DNA of 64,000 nucleotides from the human T2T-CHM13v2.0 reference genome, Homo sapiens. A program made the position numbers and the translations under genes. The stretch lies in assembly GCF_009914755.1 (NCBI RefSeq), contig NC_060933.1; one strand, 5' to 3'. Numbering within the stretch: position 1 is the stretch's first letter; each line of letters starts with the position of its first letter. The notes beneath the pieces are model-generated. The model did no database searches. It saw only the letters and a program-made list of their open reading frames with translations, and was not told the DNA's origin. Below, piece after piece: positions 15,370 to 27,514 of this stretch.

Positions 15370-15823
15370 CTTTATAAGCCAGTGACCTGCTATATTTCAT
15401 TTTAACAGACTGGCTGGAGGTGTGGTCCTTGTGGAACTGGTGCTTGGGACCCCTTCTCCCGGGGCTCAGCAGATGCGGGTGACAAGAGGGTGGGACCCCT
15501 TCTCCCAGGGCTCAGCAGATGCAGGTGACAAGAGGGTCTGTGGGTTAGTCTGGCCCTGACAGAGCTGGGAAGCAGGCCGGGTGCTCTTTCCAGGACTCCA
15601 CAGGGCATCGGTTGCAGGAGGAGCTCTTTGAATGAGGACCTAGCTGGAGCAGCCATGGCGAGTGTGTAGTGGATGGGGAAGGGGCCTGCAGGTGAAAGGG
15701 GGACGAGCCATTTGTCCTCCCTGCCTCCCTGTCTCTCCACAGCCCAGCTCCTGGGTGGGTTGGGGCGGCGAGTGTTGAGCAGGGTGTGTGGGTGGGCTCG
15801 GGGGAGGGCAGTGGATGTAGGAG
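15370..15823 (-). repeat. Copy 1 of a long-range inverted duplication (partner ~63567-63985)
   Basis: Its reverse complement aligns to 63567-63985; 15403-15450 matches 63891-63938 at 48/48. Confidence 0.93.
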
Positions 15824-17250
15824 AGAATTTGGAGGGAAGTCAGTGTCTTTAGCCATAGGAGACAAGACATGTTAAGTCCAAACTCTTCTGAGACAGGAGG
15901 AAACCTGCTGGTGTAGGGCCCTGTGTGCCTGCACATTCCGAACAGCCCCGGGGAGGGTGCGTGCCTGTTATTTTGCGGAGAAGACGTTAAATCCAGGTGG
16001 GGAAAGCCCCGGGTGTGGAGAGTTGTTGAGTGGCGCAGAGCCACTGTGCTGCTGGTGTGTGTCCCCCAGGAGGAGTCGTGAGTTCCAGTCTCTCCAGGAC
16101 TCCTCTAAATCCAGGCAGGTGGCCACTCTGGCCACCAAGGTCGCTGAGGCTAGCAGTAGAGTCACGCCCATGTCACCTGCTAACCCAGCTGTCCCTGGGC
16201 TCAGGGCTCCAGCGTCACCGCCCTGCCCCCACTTGCCCTAAGGTCTGAGGAGGGGATGCAAACCCACCTGTAAGTGGGCATCGTTCACCCGGTGTCAGAT
16301 CCTGAGGGGCAGAGACAGGCGTTCTAGGTCTCCCAAGGCCCAGGCTAATGCCCGCAGCATAGTGGATGGTCGGGGAGCACAATTTTGAATTAGAGCACGT
16401 GTCTGTGTGTAGGCAGCTCACTTACCAACTCACTTTCATCCAAATCCCAGCTCCAGGGCCCACCCACGGAAGGATCCAGGCAAGTCAGCCCCTCCCGGGT
16501 GGGCCTCAGGTGTCCCATATGTAGAATGAGTGGCCAGCCCACCTTGTCACAGTGAGGAAGGAATGAGGCCCTAGGGGTGAGGTGCCCGAGTCAGAGAAGG
16601 CCCTCGGGCCTGTCCACCAGCTGCAGGCCAAGCACGGGCACTTCTGCCCGCCTCCGGCACGAGGCTCCTGCAGCTTGCCACATTTCCCTTTTTGCTTTGG
16701 CCAGCGGGAAGCCAAAGTGCAGCCCAGCCTCAGTCTCCGAGGAGGCTCCACTTTGTCCTCCTTTCCTCATGTGTCTTGTCCCTGGGTCAGATGGCTTTTC
16801 GTTTCTTTTTCCATTCTGCTTTGTGTTTTTGTAAGCTGCTTCCTGTCTCCCATGAACCATGGGCTCTCCACACATAAACACACACACAGCATATGAACAC
16901 ACACACAGGCTGGCCAGGCTGACAGAGCTGTGCCCACTTCCCTGGGGCTGGGGCCGGGAGGCCAGCAGCTGGCTCCCTCTGCCTGTGCCAGGCCCTCCAC
17001 TTGAGAACCGGCCCTGTGGTTCCCAGCCCCGTTCCCTGCCTCAGTCTTTGTCTCGGCTCTGCAGAGGCAGGCACAGCCCATCCTGTGCCAGGCCTCACTG
17101 AATTCTGGCTCGGGCAGTCCTCCTCCGAGTCCTCATTTGTGGGCACCTAAATGTGCATCTCACAAGGCAGTCCCGCCTTCGTGACTCCCTGGCATTGAGG
17201 CTCGGGTTACGCCGAGCTGACTCATTTGTTGGAGTGAGTGGGGCTGTGCG

Positions 17251-17398
17251 GCTCGCAGCTGGGGGGGCTGGACCACAGCCGGGGGGCGGTGAGGGGACGG
17301 ATCGCAGCCGGGGGGTGGTACGGGGGATGGATCGCAGCTGGGGAGGTACCGATCGCAGCGAGGGGTGGTGTGGGGGGACAGATCGCAGCCAGGGGTGG
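17251..17398 (+). repeat. G-rich degenerate minisatellite with core GATCGCAGC(C/T)GGGG
   Basis: About six ~20-30-bp units sharing a (ga)tcgcagc-like core and G-tracts. Confidence 0.85.
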
Positions 17399-17914
17399 AT
17401 ACCAGTCAGCAGTAGGAAGTGAATGAAACACAGCAGTCAAGCCCTGAGGGGATTAGCGTCCTCAGGGACATCAGGCGCTGACCTAACCCTAGCAGCCCCG
17501 GCCTCACACAGCAGCAGGCTGCTGTGGCCACCCATAGCCGGCCCATCCAAGGGTAACGGGGCAGGGGCTCTGTGCCAAGTGACCCCCTCCCCACTCCTGC
17601 AGTCCCTAAAGGGGAAGGTGAAGCAGGCGTTTCCCCAGCAGACAGGGAGGAGAGCCACATCTGAGCCCACGGCCATGTAATTGGAAAGAGGCCTCCCGCA
17701 GTCACGCCCGGAGCCTCCCGCCCCACAGCCTGTGGTGTCTTCCAGGGGCACCAGCCTGAAGAGCTGTGACAAAGCCCCCTGCCCTCTCTGGACAACAGCT
17801 GAGGATCCTGCACAGGGCACATACCCAGGTCACCTGGGCCCTGGTGACAGACACAGCCGGAGAAAACCTGCCCTTCCCCAAGCCCCAGCACAGCCCGGAA
17901 GGCTCAAAAGCCCC

Positions 17915-18396
17915 TGTGCTCATCCCTGTGGCTGCAGTGACAGATGCCACCACGCCGATGGCTTCAAGCAACATAAGTTTACTCTCTTAGATCTCGAGGA
18001 TTCTGGAGGCCAGATGTCCAAAATCAGTCTCGCTGGGCTAAGTCAAGGTGTCAGCGGGCAGGTGCCTTCTGGACGTTCTGGGGGCGAATCTGTTTCCTTA
18101 TGTTTTCCATGGAAAATGGAGAGGCCACCCGCGGTCCTCGGTCCCCGCCTTGTGTCACCACAGCCTCTGGTGTGCGTCAGCCTGGCGTCTTCCCCTCTTC
18201 TGTGCCCTTCTCTCTCGGGCTCCCTGTCATGAGGGCTCTTGTGGGTACGTTGGGGCCCACCTGGATAATGCCCCCATCTCAGGAGCCAACATTTCATCAC
18301 AGCTGCAAAATCCCGTTTGCCCTATAAAGTGTCATTTACAAGTCCCAAAAATTCGGTGATGGATGTCTTTGGGGCCCACCATTGAGTCCCCCATAC
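17915..18396 (-). mobile_element. MaLR solo LTR (MLT1C/D-like)
   Basis: tggcttcaagcaaca...ttctggaggccagatgtccaaaatc...caaggtgtcagc...cccacctggataat...tggatgtctttgggg matches the reverse MLT1 LTR as I recall it. Confidence 0.85.
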
Positions 18397-21300
18397 CCTC
18401 TCTCACACTTGGGCATCAGCTATTACCGAGGACCTCCTGTGGCCACCGGAGTTGCTGGCGCTGACCCCAGCTAGTGGGAGCCACCACAAAGCCCCGCACC
18501 TGGCCCTCGGGTGGGGCCCCAGCGGAGTGTCTTGAAGAGGCTGGAATCAGGAGTGCTGGCCCGAACATGGAGTGAATCATGACTCGCAGGCCAGGCGGTG
18601 GGGAGCCCCCGGTGGGAGCTGGGAGCAACAATGCCCGAGCTTGGGATATCGGAAGGCCGGGCTCTGTTCTCGTTACCTAGATGCCCATGGAGGTGCCCAG
18701 CGGGCTGCCCGCTCTGCAGGACTGATTTTTATCTATGTGGGAGCTCAGCTGCAAGTACGGAGCTAGAGGAATTGGCTCATTCAGTGCCAGTCCCAGGATC
18801 CTCATAGGGGGCCTCCTCGCAGCAGCCTTGAGGTGCCCAGCTGGGACTGAGACCCAGCGAGACAGCGGACTCAAGGGGAAGATCTGCGGAGCCTTGGCCG
18901 GGACGCCGCTTTGGAATCCTGCTTGGACGGCAGAGAGGCCTGGACGCCCCTCCGTGGTGGAGGAGCAGGGCTGCAGACCTCCTGGCCTCCAGTCACCCTT
19001 CTGTCTGGGATGTGCTCGAGAGACACTGGGTGACAAGATGGGTGTCTGAGGCCCTGACAGGCAGGAGTCAGATTCCCCTTGTCCCTCTGACATCTCAGAT
19101 CACACACCAGCTTCTCTGAGCCCTCCTGGTGGGGGCCAGGGCCCACCCACCCCCTTTTCCTCGGCTATATGTCACCCTGATGACACCAGAGAGAAGGGCT
19201 TGGCATTTGAGGAGCAGCGCTGAGAGCCGTGGCCTCGGCAGTTCTAACGAGGCCCCAGACAGTGAGTCCTCTCTATTTCGACCAGTCAGAGTCTGGGTGG
19301 TCACTGGTAGAAGGAGATCTCGCCGTCCAGGGTAATCGTTGTAATCCGCGCAGCCCAGAGCTTTCTTCACAGCCCATTGCCCTGATGAGGGTGGAAGGCC
19401 CATGGCCGGCAGCAGAGTGGGGGCAGGCTGGGGCGGATGGAGGAGGCCTGTTCCTGGGGAAGGCCGAGAGGGGTCCTCTGGCATAGCTCACTGCTGACCC
19501 CATTCAAAAGGCTTTTCTGAAACGATGTGGAGAAAGTGCTGGAAAGAGCAGAGACATGATGGGAAGTGGATGCCAGCTTGGGGGCTCAATGCTCCCCTCA
19601 GCGTTCTGGGGCCTTTGGAGTTCCCAGCAGCGAGGTTTATAAAATTGAGATCAAATGGGCATGATCTGAAGTTGAAGATCGGCTGATTCCTCTCCGGGGT
19701 CAGCCACATGAAAAACCAGGGCCTGCGTTCACAGGACCAACACTCAAAATGTCCCTTCTACGCTGCACAGTAACAGTCCAGGAAAATCCACCTTAATCCT
19801 CCAGCTGCAACTCGGGGGCACCCAGATCACCCCAGGTGACCGTCCTGGAGTCTCAGCTGCTCTCTGTTATGGCAACAGATGTCCTTTGAAAATGCCCGAT
19901 TAACCCTTTGCACCCGAGAGTCTCATTTTAATTCCTGGACATGCGTCACCTGGGTGGTGCATTTGGCAGGCTCCCAGCCCGCTCCTGGTCAGGTCAGCAG
20001 ACCCCAAAATGGGCAGGGCCTCTGCATCCTCACACTTCCCCTGCCTGGCCAGACCCTCCCTGCAGCCCTCCTCCAAGGGTGGGTTTCAGGCTCCACATGG
20101 GTTCCCAGCCCTTCTCTGAGGGGCCCAAGCTCCCAGCCAGCCGGAAGACAGAGGTGATGCTGTCCCTAAACACCCACCTGAAGGCACTTGGCCTGGCCTG
20201 GGCTCCTGGTCCCGAGGGTGCTGAACCTGGGGCTGAGGAAAGCCCACAGTCTCCAGGCTGCACTCAGCAGCTTCCCCAAAGGCCATCTGCAAACCCAAGG
20301 ATGGTGCCAGGCTCTGAAGCTCCTCCACGCCCTCCTGAAGGAGGCAGGCCCTTGGGGTCACCAGACCTGTTCATGGACGAACACAGAATGGGGCAAGACC
20401 AGGAAACCCAAGCTGACGGGCACCCTCAAACCCTGCTACCAAGGACTCCTCCCCGCTCAGCCTCTGGGGCGCGAGGACAAGCGACGGTTCCCCAGGTATC
20501 CCAGGGCCCCTCGGTAGGCGCCCAGGAGCCCTTGGCCAAGAAGCCAGAGCAGGGTGGCCCCTCCGGGGGGGAACCGGGGCCAGACAGCAGGAGGGCACTC
20601 GCCCGACGGCACTTCACTAGCCGGAGGCATTGGGCCTCGGGGGGCGGTCCGGGAGGCAGGCAGCCACAGTGAGCTGGAGTGACGAGAAGCTCTTTCCCAT
20701 TATGGGTTCATAATGGGGCCAGCAGGTGCCACGCTGGGCTGCTGCGCCACCGCCTCAGGGCCACTGTGGCCCCTGCACACCCCCTTGAGGAGTCCCCTGT
20801 GAGTGCCCTGAGTGGTGGGGCAGCCTGGCAGCACCCTGACAGCTGAGAACTCACAGGAGGCCACCGCCCCACAGGCCTTTCGCTCCCCCGTGGCTGTGGC
20901 CGGCCTTCAGGGCAGAACCGGTGCCGCAGGCCTCACCTCATCAAAGGTGGTCTTGGCCCTGCTGGTGGTGCCTCCTCCGTGTGCCAGCCCAAGCCTCGCC
21001 ACAGGCCTGTGGGTGGGGACATTTTACAAATGAGGAAACTGAAGTCCAGAGACACAGCGAGTGCAGAGCTGGGGTCGGGACAGAGCTAGGGCTGGCTGTG
21101 GAGCCAGGCGCTTCCCTCCCACCCTGAAGGTTCCCTCCAACATGCTGCTGCGCACCTCTATCCAGGGGCAGGAGGCTGCCTCCCTCCCTCCTGAACCCCC
21201 TGCTCCCCCTGCCCTGATACCGGCAGCTGGCTTCCACAGGCAGCAGCTCTGCGAGGGGCTGGCAAGAACAGCCACAGTGAAATGCCTCACCCTTCTCCGG

Positions 21301-21762
21301 CCCACCCCACCCCAAAATGTCAGTCCATAGGTAAGGAAAGCTCTCTGAACATGTGGGGCACAGAGACCTGCCCCTGCAGGCATCTTGGAAAAATCGCGTT
21401 TTATGGAAATAAGACCATGCACTCGGCAACCTGCCACATGGAGCCTGGGTCCCCCGGGCTGAGGTGGGAGCAAGGTGGGAATTAGCTTGCAGCGTCCAGC
21501 TGCCCTTCTTTATTGCCTTGAAAGTTTTGTCACCGAAACCCTCGTGCCCACTTAATCCAGTGACAGAATCAGGGTAGTGTTGCGCCTGCTCCTCTGTTGA
21601 ACCCCAGCATGCTCGGTGATTCGGGGGAGAAGTCCTGCTGGACTCGCCGCGGTCGGGACCAGAGAGAACCCATGCCCCAACAATCTGGAGCAGCCTCCTC
21701 CTCTCTAGTCCTTCTGAGCCTTGAGGCCGAAAGCTTATCTTCGTTGTTCCCGTCCCTTGCAG

Positions 21763-21876
21763 ATGGCAGCCCTCCAGAGCCCCTTCTATGGAGATAAGAT
21801 GAATCTCTTCTCCCTGTGCCAGAAGATCGAGCAGTGTGACTACCCCCCACTCCCCGGGGAGCACTACTCCGAGAAG
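21763..21876 (+). CDS. NEK6: NEK6 coding exon (114 nt; exon 9)
   Basis: Acceptor ttgcag|ATG, donor AAG|gtgagt. Translates [38 protein letters not shown]. Confidence 0.98.
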
Positions 21877-22589
21877 GTGAGTTTGCAGGAGCCGGAGGCC
21901 TCGCCAGCCCCAGGAGGCCACCGAGGCTTATGAGGGCCGCTCCAAAACACCACAGCTGTGGGGCTGAGGTTAGGCTCACTTTACACGGTGCAGAAAGGGA
22001 GCTTTCTGGAAAAGTGACTTGGAGAGGGGAAAGTAGGTGATTGCACTGAAGAAGGGGTTTCACCACGCAGCTCCAGTGTGGGACCCCCAGGTAGGAACCA
22101 GTGGCACGTGGCCCTTGGCACATCTCCATCTGTTCAGCTCCCAACTTGGTGCTCCAGTGGGAGGCCCTCTGCTGCAGGTCCCCAGGACAGGGTCTGTGCC
22201 GTGCCAGACATGGGAACTGATACAGGGGCAGAATGTGGCAGGCCTGGCGTCCCCATACCACCAGTGGTGGCCACTCTGCTCCCATGACAGGAAACTACGG
22301 CAGGAGGACCGGTCAGTTTCCTCCTTATATAACAGACTTAACACCCTGGGCTTCTACTGTCAACATTTTACACTGGCTGCGGGAGCCGTGGACACAGCTC
22401 CCATGGGTCTGGCATGGGGCTGTACCAGTTACTAGGAATGTGTGAATATCTTATTCCTCGGCTCCGTCACCTTGAAGATGGGACTAATAATCTCCTTGGT
22501 GGATAATGGTGAGGAAGAAAGGACAGGTTTCCTGGCACAGCAGGGTCAAAAGTGTAGATACATGTTCACACACTCTCTGCACTGTTCCT

Positions 22590-22770
22590 AGGTGAGTCAC
22601 CTAACCTCCCTGAGTCTCAGTTTCCTCACCTATACAATGGGGATAATATTAAATCTTCCACACAGGATCAGCATAAGGATTAAGGTAAGGCACCAGGCTA
22701 ACACTGCCACCACCATCCAAAGTGGCCAATGGATGGGGCCTGGCTCAGTCAGTGTTCACTAAATATCATG
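22590..22770 (+). mobile_element. MIR
   Basis: gtcacctaacctccctgagtctcagtttcctcacctatacaatggggataat. Confidence 0.75.
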
Positions 22771-24269
22771 TGACCCTTATTTCTGTTCAAGGTCAACGCT
22801 AGTGGGTGAGTCTGGGGCCTCCGTGGGCCCACCCCATAGGACCACAGGCCGTCACCTCACGATAATAACAGCTCATGTTCAGACTTCCTGAGTTGAATCT
22901 TCCCCTCACCCATTTACCAATAAGGAACAGACAGACACAGGCAAGTTAAAAAGACCGGTGAGGCAGGATCTGAACCCACATGCGCAGCCACGGAGCCATC
23001 GTGCTTCTTGATGGCATGTCTTTGGTGGCCCATCAATTAGCTGGGGTGAGGCTCTGGAAGGAGTGCCCTTGCCCCGGCCAAACTGCACAGGGCAGGTCCT
23101 GGGTGCTGCGCTTGTGTCCAGGCCGGAGGCTCCTCGCAGGGCACCTGTGCTGAGCCTGTGCTTGCTGGCGTTGCAGACTCCAGGGCTAGAGGAGCTCGAG
23201 TGTCGGGCGCTGCACAGTGCCCTTCCTCTCCTGGCTCCCAAGTTCTGACCTGCACTTTTGGAGGAAGTATTTCTCCTCCCCAGTGGGAGGAAAAACAAGT
23301 TGCATCTCTTTACAAAGTTAATAGTTGCCATTTGCTTTTTTCCTTTCTCATCTTCTGAATTCGGACTTGTGTATGATTCAGAAGCTTGAAGCTGTGCAAC
23401 TGGAGCTGGTGACAACTCTGTGCTTTGGCTGTCAGTCTAGAAATGGGAGTCGCCCTCTCTACTTCAGTGATGAGGCTGAAATGAACATTGAAGCCCCTGT
23501 CCCAAGTCAGCCCTTTCCTGGCCACGAGCCCCCACTCCCCGGAGCACTGGCTCTCGCCGGGCCCCATGCTTAGGAGTGAGAGGTGGTGCTCAGGAGCCCC
23601 CAGCACACCCTATTTTAAAGTTATATCGCTGCTTAGAAATGAAAATAAGACACTTTTATTATTTTTCTCTTGAATTCTGAAAACTTCAAACATGCACTTA
23701 TTGACAACTGTGCGTTTACTTCATAAATTAGTTCGGGTCACAGACACTTCACCTGAATCTGGTTTTCTTGGGTATTTTAACCTGTCAGAGGCCAACCACA
23801 GGTACCTTCCCCCGAATATTGTAAGGTTCAGAAAACAGCTGTCTTGTCCACAGGCGACTTCAGACTCCGGGAGTGGCCTAGCAGGCTGCAGGCCCTGTGT
23901 CACCTGGGCTTCTCGGTTGTAAGGCATGCACGCAGGTGCGAGGGGATACCCTAAGGCTCTGTGGCCCAGGGAGAAAATGCCCCATCAGCTGAGAGGAGCC
24001 CTAGTCTACAGGAAGCCCAGGCCCCATCCCTCAGCCTAACGGGCCTGCGCAGCAGTAGCCCCCGGGCCTCCAGAACGTCCCGTGGGCCCTTCCCAGTCCC
24101 TGAGTGAGTGTGGCCACTGAGACCACCAGAGCCCCCTCTGGTTCAGGACCACCCAGCTTCCTGCTGCTGCTGCTGCTTCGGCTGCTGTGGCCTGCGGGGC
24201 TGACCACCCCTCCAGCAGCAGGTATTTAAATGGAAACCAATGGCTGTGAGCCCGTGATGCAGGGTAAGA

Positions 24270-24550
24270 TGTAGGCATTTTAAGGTCATTATTTTAATTA
24301 CCATTAAAATAATTGGCACTCCGGCTATCAGAAGAATGGAGGCGATCAGAGGCGCAAGGCGCCCCTCCCCCACCTCGGGGCGGGAGCAGCCTTCAGTGTC
24401 TGTATAATTAAAAGCTCCGTCTTTCATGAGCACAATAAAGGGGCCGGGGGTGGGCAGACTGCAGCCCTGCTGCATGTTAATGCGTTTATTATGATCAATA
24501 AGCCCTTGCCTTGAGTTTTGTCCTCTGGTTTGGGCATCTGCGTGACTGAC
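24270..24550. promoter_or_regulatory. Candidate conserved non-coding element or enhancer
   Basis: AT-rich island in a GC-rich intron with TAATTA, TAATTG, ACAAT, AAGGTCA and TTTATTA motifs. Confidence 0.45.
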
Positions 24551-24555
24551 AGCAG

Positions 24556-24581
24556 ACACACACACACACACACACACACAC
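24556..24581 (+). repeat. (CA)n microsatellite
   Basis: About 13 AC units. Confidence 0.95.
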
Positions 24582-24886
24582 AATTTGCCCAATGGTGTGG
24601 ACAGCTACAAGTTCAAAATAATTTGGAGGTTAACCATTCTTAGGGTCTCAAAGCACAGCCTTTGGGACTAGACAGGCCTGGGAGGGGTACTGGCTAGCCC
24701 TTGGGAGCCATGCGGCTGCGCACCCCTTACTTGCCCCAGCTAAACACCGTTCTTCAGCTCTAACGGGGACAACGGGACCATCTAGTTGCTCTGAGGATGA
24801 AGTGCCTTCATGCAGACAGACTGTGGAGTGCGGAGCCTCAGTAAGACTGCTTTCTTGAGAATAACACACCATTCTCTCCCCTGCAG

Positions 24887-24997
24887 TTACGAGAACTGGT
24901 CAGCATGTGCATCTGCCCTGACCCCCACCAGAGACCTGACATCGGATACGTGCACCAGGTGGCCAAGCAGATGCACATCTGGATGTCCAGCACCTGA
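24887..24997 (+). CDS. NEK6: NEK6 terminal coding exon (111 nt including TGA)
   Basis: Acceptor ctgcag|TTA. Translates [36 protein letters not shown], the NEK6 C-terminus. Confidence 0.98.
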   Translation, partial: LRELVSMCICPDPHQRPDIGYVHQVAKQMHIWMSST

Positions 24998-25784
24998 GCG
25001 TGGATGCACCGTGCCTTATCAAAGCCAGCACCACTTTGCCTTACTTGAGTCGTCTTCTCTTCGAGTGGCCACCTGGTAGCCTAGAACAGCTAAGACCACA
25101 GGGTTCAGCAGGTTCCCCAAAAGGCTGCCCAGCCTTACAGCAGATGCTGAAGGCAGAGCAGCTGAGGGAGGGGCGCTGGCCACATGTCACTGATGGTCAG
25201 ATTCCAAAGTCCTTTCTTTATACTGTTGTGGACAATCTCAGCTGGGTCAATAAGGGCAGGTGGTTCAGCGAGCCACGGCAGCCCCCTGTATCTGGATTGT
25301 AATGTGAATCTTTAGGGTAATTCCTCCAGTGACCTGTCAAGGCTTATGCTAACAGGAGACTTGCAGGAGACCGTGTGATTTGTGTAGTGAGCCTTTGAAA
25401 ATGGTTAGTACCGGGTTCAGTTTAGTTCTTGGTATCTTTTCAATCAAGCTGTGTGCTTAATTTACTCTGTTGTAAAGGGATAAAGTGGAAATCATTTTTT
25501 TCCGTGGAGTGGTGATTCTGCTAACATTTTTATCTACGTTTTATAACTTGGTGAGTGACGATGAGAGCCCTGCACCTGGCCAGAGTGTCACAGGCAAAAG
25601 GCATCGGGAAGCAGGAGCATCTTCTTGGCAGCCAGGCTGGGCCATCTTCTCCTGGACACCTGCTGTGTACCAGGAACTTCGTCACCTCCTTGAATGCTGG
25701 CGGTTCATTTCATGATCAGTGTTAAGCATTTTCCTCCATGGGAAGGAAGCATGGGATATAGAAAAGCGAAGGGCTGTCCTTTAC

Positions 25785-25945
25785 AAATTCTGGTTCTGCA
25801 ACTTCCTAGCGTGACTTTGGGCTTGGGCAAGTTTCTTAGCCGTTCTGAGCCTTCATTTCCTCATCTGTACAATGAGATTAATAGTACCTATCATCTACCT
25901 TCAGGATTGCTGACAGACAGAATTTGAAATAAAATATGCAAGTTA
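25785..25945 (+). mobile_element. MIR in the NEK6 3'UTR
   Basis: ttgggcaagtttcttagcc...catttcctcatctgtacaatgagattaatagtacct. Confidence 0.8.
25928..25933 (+). terminator. NEK6: Candidate proximal NEK6 poly(A) signal AATAAA, inside a MIR
   Basis: Canonical hexamer in the 3'UTR; downstream sequence is A-rich, so support is weaker. Confidence 0.4.
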
Positions 25946-26442
25946 GCTAATACAAAAAGTAGATGATCCAAAAATGGTAGCCACTCACCCTTCACAAACT
26001 GAAGTCCATGGACCACGGAAGTCGAGAATTAATGTACACCTGTATCATGTGTAGGAAACCAGAAATGTGTTCCTTATTTCTTGTTCCCAAACAGGATTAA
26101 CTGTGAAGACTAATTTATAAATGTGAACCTAAGAAAACTCCACCTCTGAAGGAAATCATTTGAATTTTGTTTTTGTACGTAAAGTTAACCTTCCAATTGT
26201 CTGAGCTGTCGTCACTGACTTCATGACAGTCTGGCCCTCCAGACAAGAGCAGCGCTGGCATCGGGCAGGTGATTCCTGACACCTGCTGCCTGCAGGCATT
26301 CACTGACCAGGCCTTTCCTGGAGGAAACACCCAGGGCCGGGCGGCTGCTGTTTCCACACGTGGACTCGGATCTGCTGTGACACCGTCAGCCCGACAGTCT
26401 CTCCATATGCAGCCTTTCCTCTGTACTTTTCTCCATGGTTGA

Positions 26443-26448
26443 AATAAA
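26443..26448 (+). terminator. NEK6: NEK6 poly(A) signal AATAAA
   Basis: Canonical hexamer with upstream TGTA (ctgtactttt) and T-rich sequence downstream. Confidence 0.75.
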
Positions 26449-27514
26449 ACAGGGTGACTGGGAGTTACTTAGAATTCATGAAGATTTTAAAATGGCTTTG
26501 GAGATTTTGCTTTTAAACCAGTAGATTCAAAACTTAAACAGCGTCTGCAGCACAATTTCTTGAGGAACCTTGAAAAACACAACTTCCCAGGCCCCATTCA
26601 GTAATCCCAGGATTTCTTTAAGCTCCCCAAATAATTTTGAAACTCATCAGCCGAGTTTCTGCCCTCATGAGGTAATTCCATCGTTCTCCCCAGCCTGCCC
26701 CTGGCAGCTGTAACACAGGAGCTGGCCTGAGAGCAGATTCACCCTGGAATGTTCTCTCCACAGAACAATCAAGTCCCTGTCGCCTGCCTAGTGCTTACCA
26801 CTGAAGATTTTTCTGATTCCAGACCAACTTTTTGCCAACATTCTGCTTCCAGCTCTCTGAGCCCCTGCCGTGTCTCCCCAACACTGCCAGCCCCAGCACG
26901 CAATCAACCTACTTTGTGCATGCCACCCGCTTTCCACACTGTGAGAACAATCTGCCCAACTGGACCCTCTGGAGGCGCACGATCTCAGCCACTCACCAGG
27001 CCTGAGTGTTTGTGAAATGATCATGTCCTACTTATTACAAAACCGTAACCCCAAAACATTCCTTTTATTTCTGTGAAACCGGCCAAAGTGAGGTCCACCC
27101 ACCTTCACACAGCTCTGGCGGTGCACCTGCTCACCTTCTCTTGGTTCTCAGAACTGAGCTGGGCTTGAGAACACAGCTTTGGCTTTGCCATTTTTTTCCT
27201 ACTTGGCTGCTGAGGTGGAGGGTGTGCTGCACTTATCACCCCATTTCAAAACCAAACCAAACCTGAGGCCACCCCAAACAAATTCAGCCAGCAAAAAGGG
27301 TAGGTATCGATGGTCACCTGAAGCCTCAAGGGAGTCCACTCTGACTTCTGACAGCAGACAGAACCTATCTGTCCTCAGGAGGGGCGCATGGCTCCTACGC
27401 TCTCCTCTGAGCCTAGGCCAGTGCTCAAGGAGGATCAGCACCCTGAAGGGCCAGGCCAATGGCCTTAGCAGCCCCCTACTGCCCCCAAAAACACCACACA
27501 GTGCCCAGACCTCA

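Larger units (their letters stand above)
24998..26490 (+). other. NEK6: NEK6 3'UTR (short form; 3' end approximate)
   Basis: Follows the stop codon. AATAAA at 25928-25933 and 26443-26448. Confidence 0.75.

Noticed and set aside
19941-20672. 243-aa Pro/Gly-rich + strand ORF in NEK6 intron 8
   Set aside because: No domain, and the NEK6 exons splice in frame without it.
20941-21921. 326-aa minus-strand ORF, the longest in the track
   Set aside because: Antisense to NEK6 exon 9 and a GC-rich intron, crosses a MIR-like fragment, low-complexity composition, no recognisable domain; expected by chance at this GC content.
24161-24177. (CTG)5 tract
   Set aside because: Too short and intronic to suggest instability.
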